A stretch of 64,000 nt of DNA from an uncultured delta proteobacterium. Lineage in GTDB: Bacteria > Myxococcota_A > Polyangia > Polyangiales > Polyangiaceae. A program made the position numbers and the translations under genes. How positions within the stretch are numbered: position 1 is the stretch's first letter; every line of letters begins with the position of its first letter. Where the stretch lies: positions 832,001 to 896,000 of the forward strand of contig CAWDXG010000004.1 in the NCBI GenBank assembly GCA_963806225.1, read 5' to 3'. Below the pieces are notes generated by a model, which was not told the DNA's origin, ran no database searches, and saw only the letters and a program-made list of their open reading frames with translations. Below, in pieces: positions 60,067-64,000 of the stretch.

Positions 60067-61973
60067 GCACCGAGCTCGAAGCCCTCGTGCGCGACGACCG
60101 CCTCGAGGAAGCGGCGGAGCTCGCCGAACGGCTCGGCGACCCGGCGCGCGCGGCGGAGCTGTGGGAGCGAGCCTGTAGCTACGAGCGAGCGGCGCGCGCG
60201 GCGCTCGCCGCCGGCGAGCCCGATCGGGCGCTGGGGCTCGCCGCGCGCAGCGACGCTCGCGATCTGGTCGAGCAGGCGATCACCGCACTGTCCGTTGACC
60301 GCGAGCGCGCGGCCCAGATCGCCCGGTCGCTCGCCGATGCCGGGCAGGCGCGGGTCGCCGCACGGCTCGGACTCGCCATCGACGACCCGCGCGGCGCCGC
60401 TCTCGATTTCGAGCGCGCAGGCGATCTGCTCGAAGCGGCCTCGGCGTTCGAGCGCGCGGGCGACGCTCGCAACGCCGCGCGCTGTCTGGAAGCAGAGCTC
60501 ACGCGCGACGCGGGAAGCGAGATCGCCCGGCTCGGCCTGGGCCGGCTGCTCGCGGCTCACGGGCGGCTTCGCGCCGCGTCGCGCGTGCTGCAGCAGATCC
60601 CTCGGGACGCCGTCGAGCGACGCGAGGCATTGCCCGTGCTGAAGCGTGCGCTCGAGGGCCTCGGGCTCGACGGCTCCGCACGCGAGGTGGGGCACGAGAT
60701 GCGCGCGCTCGGCGTCGAGGAGGGACCGCCTGCTCCGGCCCCGTCCGCCGACGGCGATGACCGCGAGCGCCTGTTCGGTCGCTACGAGGTCGTGCGCCGG
60801 ATCGCCACCACGCCCGCTGCGCGAGTCTACGAGGCGATCGATCGCGTCGGCGGGGCGCGCGTCGCCGTCAAGGTGTTCGCCGCCGCGGGCATCGAGCAGT
60901 CCGGCCGCGATGCCCTCTTGCGCTTCGAGCGCGAAGCGCGCGCACTCGGGCAGCTCCGTCATCCCGCGATCGTGCCGCTGATCGACTGGCTGCCGGCGGG
61001 GCCCGCCGTGGTGCTGGCATGGATGCCGGGAGGATCGCTGGCGGATCTGCTGGCACACGGCCCCATTGCGCCCGCGCGCGGCGTCGAAATCATCTCCGCC
61101 GTGCTCGCAGCGCTCGGTGAAGCGCATCGCCGCGGCATCCTGCACCGCGACATCAAGCCGGCCAATGTGCTGTTCGACGGCGCCGGCGCCGCCCATCTCG
61201 CCGATTTCGGCACCGCCCACGTCAGCGATTCCGCCGCCACCGTGACGAGCGGCGTGATCGGCACGCTGGCATACATGGCACCGGAGCAGCGGGCCGGGGC
61301 GCCCGCGGACATCCAGAGCGACATCTACGGCGCCGGAGCGCTTCTGTGGCACGCGCTCACCGGCGCCCCGCCGGGGGCGGCTCTGCCGTTCCTGTCCGAC
61401 GATCTCGCAAAACCCGCGCGCGCCGTGGCCCGGCGTCTGGTCGCAGCCGCCGCGGAGCGACCCGCCGATGCGCTGGAGGCGCGCGAAGCGCTGGCTGCCG
61501 TCGAGTGGCCGCGCCAGGTACCGCCCGCGCGTCCGGTAGAGCGCGTCGCCCGGGCACCGGAGTCGCAGCGCGGCGAGCGGCTCCAGCCGCTAGGCGGAGC
61601 GCGCTTCCGCGACACGCTGCTCGGCCGCGAGGTGCTGGTGCTGCACGCCGACGCCCCGACGCTCGAGCGCGTGCTGCCCTTCGCCCGCGCCGATCAACCG
61701 GCGCTCGCGGCGGTGCTCCGCCATGTCCCCGCCGACGGCGCCGTGTGGATCGAGGCCCCGCGCGGCAAGCCGCTGGATCGACCGCTCGACGAGCCGGAGC
61801 TCGCCAGGCTCGGCGAGGCGCTGGAGGCACTCCACCGTGCCGGCGGCTTCCACGGGCGGGTCGATCGCCGGCATGTGGTGCTCACCGGCGGCCGCATAGT
61901 GCTGTGTTTCCCACTCGAACCGCTCGGCCGTTCCGCCGAGGACGACCGGGCCGCGCTCATGGCTCTCGGCTGA
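60063..61973 (+). CDS. Ser/Thr kinase with N-terminal TPR-like repeats
   Basis: VAVK, HRDIKPAN, DFG, YMAPE; degenerate second kinase-like tail. Confidence 0.85.
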   Translation: MSTELEALVRDDRLEEAAELAERLGDPARAAELWERACSYERAARAALAAGEPDRALGLAARSDARDLVEQAITALSVDRERAAQIARSLADAGQARVAARLGLAIDDPRGAALDFERAGDLLEAASAFERAGDARNAARCLEAELTRDAGSEIARLGLGRLLAAHGRLRAASRVLQQIPRDAVERREALPVLKRALEGLGLDGSAREVGHEMRALGVEEGPPAPAPSADGDDRERLFGRYEVVRRIATTPAARVYEAIDRVGGARVAVKVFAAAGIEQSGRDALLRFEREARALGQLRHPAIVPLIDWLPAGPAVVLAWMPGGSLADLLAHGPIAPARGVEIISAVLAALGEAHRRGILHRDIKPANVLFDGAGAAHLADFGTAHVSDSAATVTSGVIGTLAYMAPEQRAGAPADIQSDIYGAGALLWHALTGAPPGAALPFLSDDLAKPARAVARRLVAAAAERPADALEAREALAAVEWPRQVPPARPVERVARAPESQRGERLQPLGGARFRDTLLGREVLVLHADAPTLERVLPFARADQPALAAVLRHVPADGAVWIEAPRGKPLDRPLDEPELARLGEALEALHRAGGFHGRVDRRHVVLTGGRIVLCFPLEPLGRSAEDDRAALMALG

Positions 61974-62010
61974 CGACAGCGCGGGCCATCACCGGTAGAC
62001 TGCCGACGCC

Positions 62011-63141
62011 GTGCCGCCCCATCGCGTCTACCTCGTCCCAGGCATGTTCGGTTTCGGACAGCTGGCGGGATACGACTACTTCGGGCACGTGCGCGGGGCA
62101 CTCCGGCAGCGCTTCTCCGACGCGGGCACCGACGTGCAGATCAACGTGGTACCGACGCCACCCACGTCCTCGCTGCGCTTCCGCGCGCGTGTGCTGGCCA
62201 AGACGGTCACCAGCAGCGCCGGCAGTGACGACGGACCTATCCACATTGTCGGACACTCCACGGGTGGCCTCGACGGCCGGCTGGCGCTCTCGCCCACCAC
62301 CAACCTCGGCATCGACAACGACTTGATGAGCTGGACCGGGCGCGTGCGCACCTGCACCTCGCTCAATACGCCGCACTACGGCACGCCACTCGCCGGCTAC
62401 TTCGCGACCGTCTCGGGCGCGCGCGTGCTGTACGCCCTCAGCCTGCTGACGGTCGTGTCGCTGTCGGTCGGCGCACCGTCGTTCGCCGTCTTCTCCAAGC
62501 TCCTTTCCGGCCTGGGCGGCATCGACCACATGCTGGGCGGCAACCTCGCCCTGGCCAGCCGCATATCGGACATGCTGCTGCGCGTGGTCGACGAAGGGGG
62601 CCGGGAGGAGATCACGGGCTTTCTGGGCAAGGTGCGGATCGACCAGGGCGCGATCATCCAGACCATGCCGGAGGCCATGGACCTGTTCAATGCCGCGGCC
62701 GAGGACAGCAACGCCGTGCGCTACGGCTCGATCGCCACGGCTGCGCCCGCGCCGCAGGCGATCCGCTTTGCCAAGCGCGTGCGCTCGCCCTACGCCGCGC
62801 TGACCGCCGCGATGTTCTCCACCCTCTACCAGTTCACCAGCCAGCGTCCGCGACCGTACCCCTACGCGGAGCCCGGTCCGGAAGAGGCCGCGCTGCTCGA
62901 ACAGCACGTCGCCGGCGAGGTCAGCGACCGCAGCAACGACGGCATCGTCCCGACGCTCAGCATGCTCTGGGGCGAGCTTGTGTGGTGCGGCGAGGGCGAC
63001 CACCTGGACGTGATCGGCCACTTCCACGACGACGAGAAGCCCGCCGAGCACGTCGATTGGATGACCAGCGGCGCACACTTCGACCGAGGGCGCTTCGCGT
63101 CGGCTATGGACGCCCTCGCGGGCTTCCTGTTGCGATCATGA
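62011..63141 (+). CDS. Lipase/esterase (alpha/beta hydrolase)
   Basis: VPGMFG, GHSTGG, TPHYGT, NDGIV, DHLDVIG. Confidence 0.85.
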   Translation: MPPHRVYLVPGMFGFGQLAGYDYFGHVRGALRQRFSDAGTDVQINVVPTPPTSSLRFRARVLAKTVTSSAGSDDGPIHIVGHSTGGLDGRLALSPTTNLGIDNDLMSWTGRVRTCTSLNTPHYGTPLAGYFATVSGARVLYALSLLTVVSLSVGAPSFAVFSKLLSGLGGIDHMLGGNLALASRISDMLLRVVDEGGREEITGFLGKVRIDQGAIIQTMPEAMDLFNAAAEDSNAVRYGSIATAAPAPQAIRFAKRVRSPYAALTAAMFSTLYQFTSQRPRPYPYAEPGPEEAALLEQHVAGEVSDRSNDGIVPTLSMLWGELVWCGEGDHLDVIGHFHDDEKPAEHVDWMTSGAHFDRGRFASAMDALAGFLLRS

Positions 63142-63617
63142 CGACAACCGGCCCGCATCCGCCGGCCTTCGCGGTGCCCCCGCACCTCGCGCACCCGAGC
63201 GAGCCGCTCTCCATCTGGTTCACCCAACCGCTCGGACTGCTCACCCAGATCACCCGTCCCTCGACCGGCAGCGTCGAGATGGTGCGCTTCATCACCGAGC
63301 TCGCCTGGCCCGCGCTGCTCGAACTACGCGGCGCGGGCAGCCAGCCCCTGTACATCGTGCACGATCTGTCCTTGCTCGAGGACGTCGAGCCCGAAGCCGG
63401 ACGCTTGATGTCGCTATTCGGCTTGTCCATCCGCAAGCACATCGAGCGCGTCGTTGTCGTCGAGCCGCCCGCCCTGCACCGCCTCGTCCACCTCGCCATC
63501 AGCGCCGTGGGCTCCGCGCTCGGCCTGATCGGCATCCCCATGGAGCTCGCGCCGTCGCTTCACACCGTGCTGGACCAATACGGACTCCGGGTCCTGGATA
63601 CGCGCCAGGAAGCCTGA
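63138..63617 (+). CDS. Hypothetical STAS/SEC14-like protein
   Basis: IVHDLS...IERVVVV; ATGA overlap with the lipase. Confidence 0.45.
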   Translation: MTTTGPHPPAFAVPPHLAHPSEPLSIWFTQPLGLLTQITRPSTGSVEMVRFITELAWPALLELRGAGSQPLYIVHDLSLLEDVEPEAGRLMSLFGLSIRKHIERVVVVEPPALHRLVHLAISAVGSALGLIGIPMELAPSLHTVLDQYGLRVLDTRQEA

Positions 63618-63623
63618 TTCGAG

Positions 63624-64000
63624 ATGGAAGCCAAGCCAGCGTCCAAGGCGGATCGGCTCCTGGATCCGGATCGACTGGCGGTACTGCTCGCGATCACGGC
63701 GGTGGTCGTGCTGCTCGTCCACTCGGCCTGGGCCTGCGACGACGCCTTCATCACCTTCCGCAGTGCCGACAACCTGGTACACGGTCACGGCCCCCCTGCC
63801 CGACAGCCGCTGGGCAACGGAAGGCCGCGAGCTCGCGGCGAAGCCGCACCGCGTGGTTGTGCGCGGCGGCATCGGTCTGCGCGGCTACTTCGCGGGGCCG
63901 GACGTGCACATCGTCGACGAGTACGGGCTCGCGGATCCGCTGCTGTCCCGGCTGCCCGTGCCGGACGCGCAGCACGAGCTCGCGTTCCGTGCGGGGCACA
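63624..64000 (+). pseudogene. AftB-like GT-C glycosyltransferase with a large internal deletion (runs off the window)
   Basis: N-terminal WACDDAFITFRSADNLVHGHG joined out of frame to C-terminal GYFAGPDVHIVDEYGLADPLLSRLP. Confidence 0.6.

Overview
High-GC bacterial DNA with a myxobacterial (Polyangiaceae/Sorangiineae-like) signature: MYXO-CTERM-type tails, Gly/Ala-linker Cys-rich lipoproteins, three Ser/Thr kinases, an FHA-sigma54 activator and a PEGA-type protein. The best candidate for a new system is at 33-7613. An NlpC/P60-like hydrolase and a GH25 muramidase each carry the same 30-aa six-Cys repeat stalk plus a MYXO-CTERM-like tail. They are transcribed from a candidate sigma54 promoter, divergently from an FHA-AAA+ activator, a membrane Ser/Thr kinase and a non-catalytic lipoprotein carrying the same repeat. 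Other notable items: a 5'-truncated group II intron (28901-~30215), a 38-bp AT-rich palindrome with a hairpin-rich flank upstream of lysA, a LuxR/hydrolase pair sharing a palindromic start, a 51-bp repeat array flanked by 13-bp direct repeats, a lone FlhB/SctU-family gene and an internally deleted AftB-like gene. Housekeeping genes include lysA, a cardiolipin synthase, pspA, lpdA, a 2-oxoacid dehydrogenase E1-alpha, ABC permeases and a ferredoxin. Many genes at 17-19 kb, 24-33 kb, 40-46 kb and 52-54 kb have small frameshifts, most likely assembly indel errors. All calls come from motif recognition by eye; no searches were run. No tRNA, rRNA or CRISPR array was recognised.
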